Assembly: GCA_021613535.1 (NCBI GenBank)
Contig: CP075493.1
Location: 7,130,001 to 7,194,000 of the forward strand
From: Adineta vaga
Lineage: Eukaryota > Animalia > Rotifera
Direction: 5' to 3'
DNA length: 64,000 bases
The position numbers and the translations under genes were made by a program. A model generated the notes under the pieces. The model had not been told where the DNA came from, ran no database searches, and saw nothing but the letters and a program-made list of their open reading frames with translations. This document shows, one piece after another, positions 30,001 to 44,562 of this stretch. How positions within the stretch are numbered: position 1 is the first letter of the stretch; every line of letters starts with the position of its first letter.

Positions 30001-32310
30001 CTAATTCAACCTATGTTGATGTTGCTGAAGTTGATCCCGAACAGATTCGCTATGCATTAAGAGATTATGTTCAAAACTCTATGCAAACGGAACGTGAACG
30101 AGATGATTGTATTGGTAAGATATCTCATATGAAAATAACAATAAGAATAAGATAGTTTTTCTTTTCTAGCGGAAGTAACACAACTTCGACGAACAACGAA
30201 AGATCTTGAAGAAAATCTTCTCAGAAGTGAACAACGATTTAATCAATTACAAAAAACACTTTCATCATCGGAAGAAGGTATGTTCATAGAATTTTGTTTC
30301 AAAGTAGATTTTCTAAATATCGTATCTTTGTCTTTCTCTTTCAGACAAGAAAGGTGTCGATACTCGTTTACAAGGTGCTCAAAGTACTTTATTATTACAA
30401 GAAGAAACTATTCGAAAGAGCGAACGTGAACGTAAGACAATGTTAGATCAAATAAGTGGACTTGAACGTCAATTAGCAGCATTAGATAATGAAAAGAAAC
30501 AATTTCTTGTATGTTGTAAATCGAAGAATTCTATGAATGATTGAAATTTCGGTTTTGTTTTTTATGTAGGAAAAAATAGATCTATCGAAATCAAATGAAA
30601 CACGTTCGAATGATGAAAAACGACAATTAAAACGTGCTTTGGATGATAGTGATGCTCGTGCAACTGAACTTGAAATGAATAAACGAGCATTAGAAGGTGA
30701 AATTCAACGTTTAAGTATGATTTTAACCGATAAAGATACCGAAATTCAAGTCTATCAAGACCGATGCGAATCATTAATTCGACAAATACAAGTAAAACTT
30801 TCTCATTCTTCATTGCATTTACAATTTTCATATCTTCTTCAAAGGATCGTGATGAAAAATGTCAATCATTACAATTAAGTGTTGATCGTCTTTCATTAAC
30901 ATTAGCTAAAGCTGAAGAAGGTGAATCAAGTTTGAAAACTCGCGTACAATCATTAAATCAAACAATATCACAATCATCCTATCAAGCAGCTGATTTACAA
31001 CAAAAACTTGGTGGTATTCAGGGTGCTTTACAAAGTAGTGAAGCCGAACGTCGTATTGCACAAGAAAAATTAGAACAATCACGGTAAATTCATTCAATAA
31101 ACTGAAGATTTTAGTTAAATGTTCTTTTTAGAACACAAATAAGTGAACTTAAAAAACAAAATCATGAATTACTTGAACGTGTTGGTCATTTTCAAAATGA
31201 ACTTGCTGATTCTGAAATGCGACGACATGAATTAGAAAATCAATTACGTAATACAAATACCGTAAGTTTCCATTTGTATATAGACTCTAAATTGAATGAT
31301 GTATTGAAATATTTCAGTTCCTCGTTCAACGTCAAGAAAGTGAACAAGAAGCAATTCAAAAAATTTCTCTTCTTACTGCTGATAAACAAGCTTTACAAGA
31401 AAAAACTTCTCTTTTACAACGTCAATTAGGCAATCTTGATGTTGAAAAACGTGATTGTGAATTATCAAAATTACGTTTAGAAAAAGATAAAAATGTTTTA
31501 AAACGAACATTAGATAAAGTTTGTAGACTATCAATGAATATTAGTTTTTAACACGAATCATTATCTTTAGGTAGAACGTGATCGTGTTATTACAGAAGAT
31601 ATTATTCGTTCATGGGATCGATCAGAAATCGATCGACAATTTCGACGAGTTGAAGATGAAAATCAATCTTTACAACGACAAGTTGAACAATTACAAAATG
31701 TTCTAAATAAATCAGAACATCAACATGCACAACGGTAGGTCAAGGAAAATGTAAAGTAGAAAATTTACGTATTATCATTCTAGTATGATTGATTTTACAA
31801 CACGTAATCGACGTGAAACTGAAGCCGAAACTGAACGTCTTCGAACATCGCAAACAGCTGCTGAACGTGTTTTAGAATCTCGAGAAAAATCACATCGTTC
31901 TCGCGTTAAAACTTTAGAAGAACAAGTAAGAACGCTTTCTTTTCTTTTTTGGAATGATTTTTAAATTCAATAATTAGGTACAAACACTTCGAGAACAACT
32001 TCATTCAGAAATTCGTCAACGTCAATCTGTTCTCAATCGAAGTGGTGATGATTTAACTATTCTTCGTCGAGAAATCAATGATCCATTATCATATGTTTCT
32101 CGAGATCCACTCGGTCTTGATCCTCTTCTTTTGGATCATGAAACAAAACGATTAAGTGAAATCAATGAACCACCTGTACGTCTTCGTTCACCAAATCGAC
32201 GTACTCTTTCACCATCCATTGCTTTACGTTCAATGCGAGCTGCAGCTGCTGTAGCAGCATCATCGTCCTCATCAAGTACGCGTCCACGTTCTGCACGACC
32301 ACGCTATTAA
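21051..32310 (+). CDS. CROCC: Rootletin (ciliary rootlet coiled-coil protein), many exons
   Basis: Very long coiled coil with rootletin hallmarks: YQEGQQKQAQLVQKLQ, QLNILLREQLDQA, LWREIVSFRQQFTELKGTTERDL, KLGSIVSSLRRT, VDPEQIRYALRDYVQ, REKSHRSRVKTLEEQV. Confidence 0.93.
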
Positions 32311-33995
32311 ATTTTCAGAACATTTATCTTCTCTCTCATTTCGAACAGTGTGATAAAGCGTTGTGAAACAAATAAAAACATGTAATCCATCTTGAGAAAA
32401 TTGAACAGTGTCATCATATGCTAACAATGATTTTCTTTTCTCTTCCTTCTTAGAATAGAAACTATTTTTTCAAATAACATGAAATCAAATATTTCTCTTT
32501 AACTAATCTTTCTTTTTTCGCTTTTTTTTATACTGACTTTTTAAATTTCATTTCTTATTATCTTAAACGATCTTTTCTTTTTCTACATGGCCTTGTGAAT
32601 GTGCCAAATATATATTTTTCTCCAATTTTTTATTCCACACAAAATCTGTTGTCAATGTACTTTTCATATCTATGTCATCGAGACGCGTTTTCCTACTATC
32701 ATGTCTTGATTCTCTTCTAAATTTATTCATTTATAATTATATTTAGTTATTTCTATTTATCTTCGTTTTCATTTAGTTTGAATTGAACTTTTTTTTCTCT
32801 TTTCCAAATAAACGAGGTGTATTCTTTAAAAATAAATTGTAACAAAAAGAAATCTTCACTGAGAAAACGAAAGAAATTACAGCAATATAATTCTGAATTA
32901 TTTTAAGTTTTCTCTTTATCATAAATTCTTTTCACTCTTGAAGATAATGTCATATCTCTCTCTCTCTCTTTTTTCTTGAAAACTAATTCTATTTCTATTC
33001 TCTTGTGATTTGATATCGAATCTTTCATGTTTAAAATAATGATTTAGCACATATTGTTAAACATTTTTAATTCCATTAGAGAGGAAAAAAAGAACACTAA
33101 AATAAAAGACTGCACAGATGTACACTAAACAAGAAAATCATAGAAGCATATCATCCAACTTCTATTTGAATTACTATTCAACCGAAAACAAACATTTTTC
33201 TATGAATGTTCAATGTATAGATCTATATTTAATTGAAATGAACAAGGAAAATTAACTGGAATGATTTACTTTTTCATTTACTTTTTTTTTGACAAGTGTT
33301 AAAATGTCTAGCAACAAGTTGTTCCCATGAGACATTTACGAAGAGATCGATGTGCAATTGTCGACAGTATATACATCTTCTTTTTCCATTCATATTAAAT
33401 GATGTTAGATGATTAACGAGTAAAGTTTAAAATTATGAGTTCAATTTCATTAGGATTGGTTAAGAAAAAAAGAAAAAGAAAAGACGAGCAAATTTTGATT
33501 GGTCATAGAGTAGAAGTAGACTAAAAGACAAACTTTAATGTTCTCTTCTTTTTTTTCTTCTTCTTCTTCTTCTGATTTCAAAGTAGTCGGCGGAAGTCGT
33601 TAGTTAATCTATTAAATGAATAACAACAAACGAAGTCTACATTCAATTCCTTGGAGACAGAGAGAAAGAGCCTACTCTTTTTTTTTCTCAAGCATCACTG
33701 ATGCACAACGATTCGCTACAATAATCATCGTCGTCACTTTTAATCAAGTCGTCTTTTTTCTCTCTTTCTTTCTCTCTCTCTCCTCCTCTTTTTTTTCTTC
33801 AAACAGCAGGAAGAGAAAAGACTTGAAACGAATCATTGGCTTTTTATTCATTCGACACTGTATATACATTTGAGAAATACTCAATCTACTGCATATCTAG
33901 AGTAGTAACGCTCTAGTGCAATCTCTCTTCCCTTCATTGACTTTTCAAGACTGTCTCTCGGTTGTGCACAAGAGGCTTGTTACTGTGTAAAAACC

Positions 33996-35864
33996 ATGTT
34001 TCCGTTCAACCAGCTCGTTGCAGCTCAATACCGATATTCTAAATTCGGTAGGTATTTCTGTCGATTTCTTCCATTCTGTGTTTCGATGGATCATAAGAAT
34101 CACTTGTTCGAACTTTTCTTTTTTATACATAGGACACGGAGGAATCAATCAACTTGGAGGAGTTTTTGTCAATGGGCGACCTTTACCAGATACTGTTCGG
34201 CAATCTATTGTTGAATTAGCTAAACAAGGTGTACGACCATGTGATATTAGTCGTCAATTACGAGTATCACATGGTTGTGTAAGTAAAATTCTCGGAAGGT
34301 ATAAAACGAAATTATTCTTCTTCAAATTGAATATTTTTCTTCTGATTTAGATTTCATGAAACTGGTTCTATACGGCCTGGTATTATTGGAGGAAGTAAAC
34401 CAAAAGTCGCAACACCTAAAGTTGTCGATGCAATTAATAACTATAAGAATCAAGCTCCAACAATGTTTGCATGGGAAATTCGAGAACGTCTCATAACTGA
34501 CGGTATATGTGATGCAGATAAAGTTCCAAGTGTTAGTTCAATTAATAGGTAAGACATTTGTCGTCATTGAAGATTAATTGAAATTTTATCGTACTTTATA
34601 AATCTCCCATCAAAACATTAATATCATTTCGATTGTCAAGTAACTAATGAGTCGCAACGATATTCAATTGTCAACATACAAAATTATCGTTTTTTTTTCT
34701 TCATGTACGCTATAGAAGCAGGTGACAGTATGAGAGAAGTTTCATATCATCAGTTATACATTTCTTATTTCTTCTCGATCACATTCAATATCTTCCAATC
34801 AGGAATGATTGCTTTGCTTCCGATCATATGTTGTCATATCTATTAATCCCAGAAGACAATCTGTTCTATTTGTTTGAAACAAAAACTAAATTTTCTACTC
34901 AATTAATTCTTAAAAGAAGTAATATGATCTATGTGTCAAAGTTCATTAGGATGAATTAATATGGAAATGAAAAAACAACAAAAATATTTTTCTTTACATC
35001 TTCGTTCTTTAGAATTGTTCGTAATCGAAATAATTCAAATGACTCATCATCACCTACAGCAACAACAGCCGAAGATGATAGTCGAAATCATCATCAAACA
35101 AATGTTCCATCATCATCACCAAATGTTTATAGTATTCATAGTTTACTTAATCATTCTCAATATGAATATTCAACAATAAAATCACGTTCATTATCTCGTA
35201 CAAATCATTCTAATGGTATGAGATTTCTTTTTTTCTCTATTCAGACAGACCATTAGTCTTACTGTCAGAAAAGTTTCGTTTAATTCTCAAAAGAATAGAA
35301 TAATGACACTTGTTTTCTTTTAGAACCATTAGACGAGAAATATTTTACAAATGAACAAATGAAATTTTTGGATAAATTTTTTAAAGATAATCCGTGGGCT
35401 GATCATGCACAAATCGAATCTATTGTTAAACAAACTGGTCTTGCAGAATCTATCGTTAAAGTAAAAACAAAATTGAAAAAAATATTCAATAGAATGATGT
35501 TTTTATCAAATAGAATTATCTTGACCAACGTCGTGCGAAATGGAACCATCTCTATTCTGCAAATAACTATCCGAATTATAATACAAATGAATTTATTTCG
35601 ATCAAAAATGATTTTGATACAACATCAACAACACGTAAATGAGATTTTATTTAATTGAATTCAATGAAATTCTTCTTTCTTTTTTTTTAGATTCCAATGA
35701 AATCTTTTGTCCATCAGCAACTTATCCATCGGCTAACTTTTCTATATCAGTTCCACCACCTGGTAAGAATAACACATACAACAAAAAATAAAGATGAATA
35801 TTTGTTTTATTTAGATTATTATTCATCATATCCTTATGCATCCGATTGGCGTTATAAATTTTGA
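33996..35864 (+). CDS. Pax2/5/8: Pax2/5/8-class paired-box transcription factor
   Basis: Paired domain [20 protein letters not shown]...[24 protein letters not shown]...[10 protein letters not shown]...SVSSINRIVRN, octapeptide YSIHSLLN, homeodomain-like segment, C-terminal DWRY. Confidence 0.92.
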
Positions 35865-36500
35865 ATTAATGTTTAGACTGTCTATTTTCTGTATTGCATT
35901 GTTTCAAAAAAAAACATACGTTAAATAAAGAGTTGAAATAAATAACTATTGAAACTAATCTTGTACGTTAAATCCAAGCAATTTGAAAACCATTTGTTGT
36001 TAAAGTTCATTAGAAAAGACTTACTGATGATTTGTAATACAGTTTTTGAAAAGCGGCACCAAAATTTCATCTATCCTCCTCCACAACATTCAATATGTTT
36101 GTTCTAGAAACACGGAATATCGATAATTAAGTTATAACACTAAAAATCAAATGACTATGGCATCCGATAGCAGATCTTTGGAAAGAAAAAGAAATCTAAC
36201 ATTTGGTTGTTAATTAAAACATTCGATTTTGAATATAGAATGAAAAACAGATGAAAAACAAACGAATATTTCTATGGATTTGAACTGTATACCAGATAAA
36301 ACAAAAAAGAATTAAAATATCTGAATAACTAGTATAAAAGCAGATGCATTTTATGAAGTAAAAATCAGAAATATTTTCTAGTAATGTTGAAATGCTTTTC
36401 AATGTTTTTTTCGGAACATAAAACATTGGCTATGTCTTCACTTCTACTTTAGAGAATAATTATTTAAAAGTTCACTTTTGTTGTCAAGTAATAAGTTTAC

Positions 36501-39500
36501 ATGAAGTATCGTACTTCAATCGTGCTTCTATTGATTTATATGGTAAAGCTATTTATCTTTTGAATGCTCATGTTGTTCTATATTTGATTATGTAGATTAT
36601 CATCTTATATGCTGATGAAGATGATGAGAATTTTTAGACTAACATCGATTTGAATGGTGATCTTAGTTTTATGGACGAATCAACACGACGTTAGTTTAGT
36701 AGTTGAAAGAAGTTTTCTTTTAATATTTTCTTGTTCTTATGTTCAGAAGCTTGGGAAAGTAGTTTAGACCAAGTCTACAATGATGATACATTTTTATATT
36801 CAGATTCACCCGATACAATATTTGATAGTAGTATGAAAGATGATAGCTGTGAATTTAAATTTGATTCTCGATTCAATGTTTTCCTTGGTGGTCAATTATT
36901 AATTGGAGAATTGACTGAAAAGAAGAATATTATAGGTGTGGAAATCATTCTTTGTGATAGTAACGAAAATAGTATTTTTGATTCTGATGGTAATCCGATA
37001 CTATATATGTCAAGATCTCATGATTTTGGACATCTTCTGGATATAGTACATCAAAGCTATGAATTTACTTATGTGAAATGTCGTTTAACATTACAAGCAA
37101 ATTCTAATTTTGATTTGCATAATCTTTTTTTTCATTGTGCACGTCCATTGCCAACATCGTCAGGAGGTAAGCAAGAGAAAAAACACATGTAAATGATATA
37201 TTTCAAAGCTCATTTCATCAGATCTCAAGGGAATGATCACAGGTAAAACTTCATTTTCAGTTGATTCAATGAACCAAACTTATCGAGTATCAATTGAATG
37301 TCCTTCGGATTATACGTGCAAATGGTGCTTCGATAATAAAATTATCTTTGAAAAACCAGATGTTATCTTTACATTAATTCTTAATGAGGCCTATGTTGGT
37401 AATCGAACATTATCATATGTGGCATATCGTGGAAGTATTCGTCGAGTTTTGGCATTATTGCAACTATTTATTTTGTCTAGTAAAACACCAGGTAAGGTGG
37501 TGACTAGATCCACATAAGAATACAACATTGCTTGTTTACCTTTGAAGAATATTTCTTTGACAAATGACTACTTCGTTTTAGTTTTATTTCATGAACGTAG
37601 ATAACGGGTGGAGCAAAAGTTTTGCATTAATTTTGTTTTTGATGCCATGCTGCCATAGAATGTCATAGAGACTTGATTCTTTTTTTGTTAGAAAGAGCGA
37701 AGTGTTTAGCACAAAAATACATGAAAGATTTATATTAGAAATGTTTTCATAGCGGAGAGATCTTAGACTGCAACACATCAGAAACCTCTTCCACAACTTT
37801 AGCACAGATTTTTGTATTGAAAAAACATTGTTTAAGCTTTTTATTATTTATGTTTGATGCTTTTGAGTACTGTACTTATACAATATGTTCTCTGAAAAAA
37901 AAATTGTTCTATTTCAGACTCTCTATATCACAACATATCCTTGTGTGAATATCTCGGTAGGAGCATTTTTCCCGATTTCAAATAATATGTTTTGATAGAT
38001 GACTCAATAAATATTGTTTTACCTCTAAAATAGATAGTATTGAATAATCAATCGTTTTGGGAGACAATATTTTTTTGAGTACTATTTTAATGATGAGAAA
38101 TTCGCGATTCTGGCTTAACAATAAAATAACGATCTCAATTGTTCTAAACCATGCGGGAAAGTTCTTCCTTTGCATATTAGTATTACTGTGTCTTTCATTC
38201 ATAAAACTGGAATCAAACGAATAAAAAAGATAGCCTGTTTCATTCTGTAAAAGTTTTTCTATTATCAGAAACATTGTGGAAGAGCTTTCTGATGTGTTGC
38301 AGTCTAAGATTTCTCTCACTCTATAAAAATACTTCTCATATAAATCTTATATATATATATTAATGTATTAGACAATTTGCTCTTTCTAACAAAAAAAGAA
38401 TCAAGTCTCTATGACATTCTATGGCAGTATGGCATCAAAAACAAAATTAATGCAAAGCTTTTGCTCCCACCCATTTCAATGAAATCATTGTCAACAACAT
38501 CAATAGAGTCATTATCGACCATATCAATATCATCACCACCAACAACGACGACAGCACCATAGGTGAGTATTTTATTAGAATATATTTAAAACTCTTTGTA
38601 GTTATCATCGGTGGCGACACTAAATAGTTATTTTATAAAAATTTATAAGGATAAGAGATGCGTTTGTTTGTTCCTGTAATCTTCAGTGAATATTCTGACT
38701 CTTTACACTTTTATTTGTAGCACCAACGTGTTCAGATCGTAAAAAGAATCAAGATGAAACTGACATTGACTGCGGTGGTCAAATTTGTCCAGCAAGATGC
38801 GCTCACCATAATACATGTTCATCAAACACAGACTGCACAAATAATAATTGTAATTCCAAGTTGAAAATGTGTAAAGGTAGATAAGTTTTGAATTTCTTCT
38901 TTTGTCCTCTCTCAGTTTTTACTAACGGAAAGGTAAATTCCGAACTGATAGCACGATATTACTTTCGTTTTAACACTGTATTGGTTGTGAAAGTTAAGAA
39001 AAAGGGTTTTTTATTCATGAATAAGTTACTCATGTGTTTTCACACTGAAACATAGAAGGAAAACATATATCTCTTACTGTTTTTATCAAACGCAAAACAT
39101 ACTAATCTAATCAAATTAGTTTCGATTTTTCAATATTATTTATAAGACGAATATAATCTCATCGAAATCAACGAGAGGTCTGCAAACAAAAGAAGATGCG
39201 AGATAAATTCATATGAGAAGCTTCAGCTTTCATCTGAAAATCTACGATCGGAATAAACTTCATAGATGTATATTATACCAATTGTCGCTTTAAAGTCATT
39301 AGCAAGAATACACGTAAACGTGCCTCTAAAAAATAAATGGAAATAAAATCAGTCTATAGCTTTGATTGTTCCACCTGCTTTGTTGCATTGTTGAATCCCC
39401 CCGTTATCTACTTTTACTATTGACAATATGTTTTTAGACACTAATCTATGAAAGTTATAATTTGCGCTAATAGTAGGATTCTGAAACTATTTTATTTTTA

Positions 39501-39976
39501 GTTTATTACTACAAGTGTGTCGGAGTAAATCTATTTTTTCCTTTGTCTCTAATACAAGTGTTGACTAGTCCTTTTTGCATTTATTTTTGAAATGATATCC
39601 AACAGATATCTTACATTCATATACGTACTTTAGTTGCAGATCTCACGAAAAGAGACCTTGTTTCATACTTTTATCTATTATCTAGACTGAATAACTACCG
39701 GTTCGATGAATTTTGCACGAATATATCATACAGCAACCCCATTACCAAATGGAAATGTATTAGTTACTGGAGGTATGAGTGCGGATAATGCCACACTTAT
39801 TTCTGAATTATAATGCATCAACAGGGATCTGGACTATTACTGGTGAAATGAATACTTTACGAGCGTATCATACAGCAACCCTATCACCAAATGGAAATGT
39901 ATTAGTTACTGGGGGTGACAATAAACATGGTGTCTTAAATAGTTCTGAATTGTATTTACCAACATTCTTAAAATGA
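36501..39976 (+). pseudogene. Probable pseudogene: secreted-type protein with a Cys-rich (CxD..KNxDETDxDCGG) module and C-terminal Kelch repeats
   Basis: Spliceable exons, but with an in-frame TAG at 36635-36637 and a frameshift between two Kelch repeats (spacing 142 nt, TAA at 39811). Interrupted by an inverted-repeat element. Whether all pieces form one gene is uncertain. Confidence 0.6.
37606..38472. mobile_element. Fold-back / MITE-like element with ~92-bp inverted arms
   Basis: 37606-37698 is the reverse complement of 38379-38472 with about 2 substitutions and 1 indel; no clear TSD and no transposase seen. Confidence 0.5.
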
Positions 39977-40459
39977 CATTTTTATTTGTGAACTGAAAAC
40001 ATCATTAATAATAAAATAACAAAACATCATTACTTATATGAAAAAGTCGTACGTCCATTGTATCATCTTTTCTTTTCGTATATTTCATAGCCTCAAATAC
40101 TGACAAGAAATATGTAGTTTACTAGTATTTCCTTTGCTATTTTATTTATATCAAACTTCATTTATTATCTAGGTAACACTAATACAAATAGCAAGCGTTA
40201 TTTAACTGTTTTGCATATACTTCGAGGGTGGCTGTGGATGAGGATATAAATGTAGATGTGAATGAGGTGTGTATTAGTTTTAGTTTATTTTTTAAATGAT
40301 CTCTTCATTCTGCACATATCGTCACCCTCTACATTGATGTGGGTAAGTGTGGAAAAAAAGGAGCATACAAGCCTATACCTGCACTCCAATGCACACCCAC
40401 ATGTCCATTTTGATCTCATGAACACTTTTAAAAAAACGATATTTACACTAATGAAGAGT

Positions 40460-43400
40460 TCAAAAGCCTAGTACATCATCATCATCGTCATTATGAATAT
40501 TTGTAAGAGATTGCTTCGAGTTTCTCGAACTTTTGCGTATTGAGATATTGCTTTCATGAGACATTGCTCGAATATTATCATGTGGCAAACCACGATCATT
40601 CGACGGTGAAATTGAGCGTCGCTAAAAAGTTTTTATAAAATATGGATAAAATATATGAAATAAATTAATTCTTACAATTTTCAGTGAAGATTCACGATCA
40701 AAATGATTAGCAGAATTGAATTTATCTAAACAATGACATAGAAACAGGGAAATATATAGTTTATTCATAAGCATCTGATATCATTCTTGATTTTGAATCT
40801 TTTCGCCTTAATCCTTTGTTTCTATTTCATCAATGGGTAAATATTTCTCTCTGTGACGATGATTTGTTCTTTTATCTTGAACTGTTTTTGAGACATTGAA
40901 TCGAACATTTTTCTGTTGATTCATATGAGAAATATTACAAGTGCATATTTATTGTACTTTGTAAGTTATATCTATGTGAAAGCAGAATTATTTCAACTTT
41001 AACAGACACTGTTTCCTTCAAAAATCATAGATAGACAAGAGATTTCATATAAAAAATGTCATTCAAGAAAATATTCTCATGAAAAGACACGTTACCTTTA
41101 TTATCGAACAATGACTGTTTTGAACCATTGATATGACCAACACGTGGAGATGATGACAAACGCTAGAAAATGAGAATAGTAAATATTGCAATCTGAAATT
41201 ATGAAGATCTTACTCCAGTGACAGACATATCTTGATCTTTCAGTGAAAATCGATTTTCTAAGCCGAATTTATCTAAATGAATTGACTATAAATATTGCCG
41301 AGAAGTATATAATAAGACCGACTTTGATTATTCAGTGAAGATTGTTTCAAAGGTCGATGCTAAATAAAAGAATTAAAAAATTGAATATTTCATTGTGAAA
41401 CAGTTTTATTCTACTTCTGATGCTGGTAATCGATTGTTGGATCCATGTTTATCTATACAGAGTATACGATCATATTGAGAAAAAGCAAATTGATCATATT
41501 TTTTTACCATGAAAATTATCCATATTGCTATGAAAACTTGCTCGTTTTCTTTCACTAGAAGAATAATATTTTTAAACAAATTAATTTCTATGAATATTAG
41601 ACCTGTTATATGAAGATACAAATTGTTTAGATGATGTTGGGAAAATGTCATCATCATCATCACTTCCACTGTGATGTGATGGTTTTCTTCGAGAGAATTG
41701 ATCGATATTGGTTCGATCTATGTATCCACGTAAGGATGCTTGTACGATTTTCAAAGCCGACTAGAAATTTCAGTTATTCACTATACATTCTCCTATGAAA
41801 ATGCTTACTTCATTTGTTAAATTAGTTGATGATGATCGACTTTTACTGATACTACTACCAAAATTATCAATTTTCGAACCTAATTTTTGTTGACTACCAC
41901 GTGGTGATTGAATTGCCGATGATCTCTATTGACGAAAAAACGTTACACATACATGTTTTCATTGAATAAAAATAATAATAATGAACACAAGCAAAAATTC
42001 TGTATTTAATTGAATAAATAAACTAGGCATTCATATTATCATGTACAGTAGTAACAATTACTCTTCAATACTGTCAATATATTTTATAGCATATATATTT
42101 CGTATGCATGCAAGACAAAAGTCTGATATTAGCTAGAATCAAATGAATTTAGTATAAAGTTAATCAAAACACATGCAAGAAAATGATGATTTACTCGTCA
42201 ATAGAATATTTGTAAATTGATATCACTATAATGAAATTTAACGAATATTTCAAAACAAAAAAAACACTTTTTGAGATATGATTTTATTTTACAAAAGCTG
42301 CTCATTTTATTCTTATTAAAAACGCTTTTAGATGTACTTACCATTCCATTGATCTTCGAATTTCGCTAAAGAGACAAAAAAAAGAAAGATAATAAAAAAC
42401 AGAAGAAAAATAATATAAATTTGTTACTCGATCGAAAATATCTTGTTTTGATTTGTTCATAAACGAATGTTTACGTGTTCGTTTATGTTTACGCCAACCT
42501 CGTTGAATAATTGTAGCTGCACGATTTTCTCGAAAATATTTTACACGATAATCATCATCACTGAAAACAAGTTTTCGATACAATAAAATGAATATAAATC
42601 TATTTGTACCTAGTCCATTCATATCGACGTAAATTTCGAGATGATGTTGATAATGACTTTCTTGACATTGATGTCGATGAAATCTTACGATCAAATTTCG
42701 TTAATGATGTACGTGAATTAAATTGTTCACTAGGTTTTCGTAGTGATAAATTTGATCTGCAAGAGAAATACAAAACCTTTCAATGATGAATGTCTCTTCT
42801 ATTTGCTACTTACCTTAAATCATGTTTGCTACGATCTTCTGATGAACTTGAATTTCTTCGACGTATACCAGTAGTTGATGAATAACTTATATGACGATTT
42901 CGATCACGTTTAACTTCTTCAAGATCTTCATTTATATTATCGAATTTATCACGATATTTATCACGTTCACGACGCATCTGTTTCAGATCATCTTTTATTT
43001 GTTCAAGTTCATCTTCGTAATGTGTACATCGTTCTTTCAATTCTTCCACTTTTTCCAAGCGATGTCTATCAGTATTACCATTCTATTATTCGTACAAAAC
43101 ATAATTAAGCAAATAAGAACTGTTGATTATATGATTTCATTTGATGCAATACATAGTACGTTTTCAAAATAAATTCTTTTAGCTATTTTAGATAGTTAAT
43201 ATATGTTTTAATTATTGAAGTTAAGTGGAATTAGTCACGTAATGATCGATGAAATTCTTTTCTACTTACATGTTTCCGTGAAGATGATGATTGTATATTA
43301 TTTTCTATAAATTTAAAGAATATGTTATTAGTTCTACTTCTCTTCATTACTTACCGATTTGTTCTAATTCATCTACTCGTTTTTTTAAATATTCATTTTC

Positions 43401-44481
43401 AGTTTTTAAGTCTCGTTTATCAACTTCAAGTTTTCGTATCGCATGTTTTGTTTCTTCATCCAAGCATACCGCGTAATTACTAGTAAAACAAAACGAATTT
43501 AATTGAGCAAAGAAAATCTTGTTATCGTTTGTATATACTTTTGTAAAAGATTCAATCGTTCTAATTTGTGTTTTTCGAGTTCATTGAATAGAGCACGATT
43601 TTGAATTTCTAATTCTGTACTTCGTGTCCATCGTAGATCATTCTTCATCTCACTATAATAACAGCGATTTTCATTACGAGTTTAATCTCTTCTTTCACAT
43701 ACTCAATGATTGTTTCCCGTTGTTTTAATTGCAATTCTAACTTGAATATACGTTGTTTTAAATTCATTACAATATTCTGAAATTTAGTAGAACGAAAACA
43801 TACATAACCTAAACATAGATAAGAAACTTACGGCATTTGGAGCTGAAGAACCAGCTAAAGTTCGACGTAAATCTTCATTCTAAGAAAATACAATTCTATT
43901 TTTTTTCTCTTCTCAAAGAGACATGAAAGTATACTTTATTTGGATCATAAAGATTATCAATTTCTTTACATTTACGTGAATTATCTTCTTCTAAACGGCG
44001 AATCTTAGCACGTAAATTATTGTTATCTTCTTTCGAATATTTCAATTCCTAAAGATGAAGAAAAACCATACAGCGTAAAAAAAGTACAAATTTCATTGAA
44101 ACCTTTTTTAATAATTGAATTTCATCATAATAATCTTCCTGTGCTTTGTATTTCGGATTTCCGATATTACTTTGTCGATTAACTAAACAAAGAAAATTTT
44201 TCATTCGGAATAAAAAATCTTTTTTTCTTCTTACTATTATTTTGTGTAGATACTTCACTTGCACTATGTGTGCGTGTTAAACTTCGAGCTGAATATCCAT
44301 TCGAAGAGTTCGATGTATTTAATAATCGTTTGAGATATTGCGGTGCACTTCGATATGCTATATCACTATCATCGTATGAATATAAACTTCCGGATGATTT
44401 CCGTTTTCGAGTTTTATGATACGGTGATTGTTGATAATAAACATCTCGAGGTGGTTTATTTCGCATTGCAGTTTTTGACAT
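40460..44481 (-). CDS. IQCE: IQ domain-containing protein E (ciliary)
   Basis: YKAQEDYYDEIQLLKK, LRAKIRRLEEDNSRK, LKQRIFKLELQLK match the IQCE N-terminal coil; IQ motifs AATIIQRGWRKH and IVQASLRGY; acidic C-terminus. Confidence 0.85.
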
Positions 44482-44562
44482 ATTGAAAAAGGAAAATTTC
44501 TTGGAATACCACTGTAACCGAAATATTTGACTGAGTTGTTAATATTTCCCATCAGTGACACT

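Noticed and set aside
27808-31097. Antisense ORFs over rootletin, and similar shadow ORFs over other genes
   Set aside because: By-products of codon bias opposite real exons, with no recognisable motifs
36635-36637. In-frame TAG as programmed readthrough or recoding
   Set aside because: The same locus also has a frameshift and an insertion, and other genes here use TAG as a normal stop, so decay is the simpler explanation
37584-38319. Minus-strand ORFs inside the inverted-repeat element as a transposase
   Set aside because: No DDE or other transposase motif recognisable; one ORF merely overlaps the repeat arm
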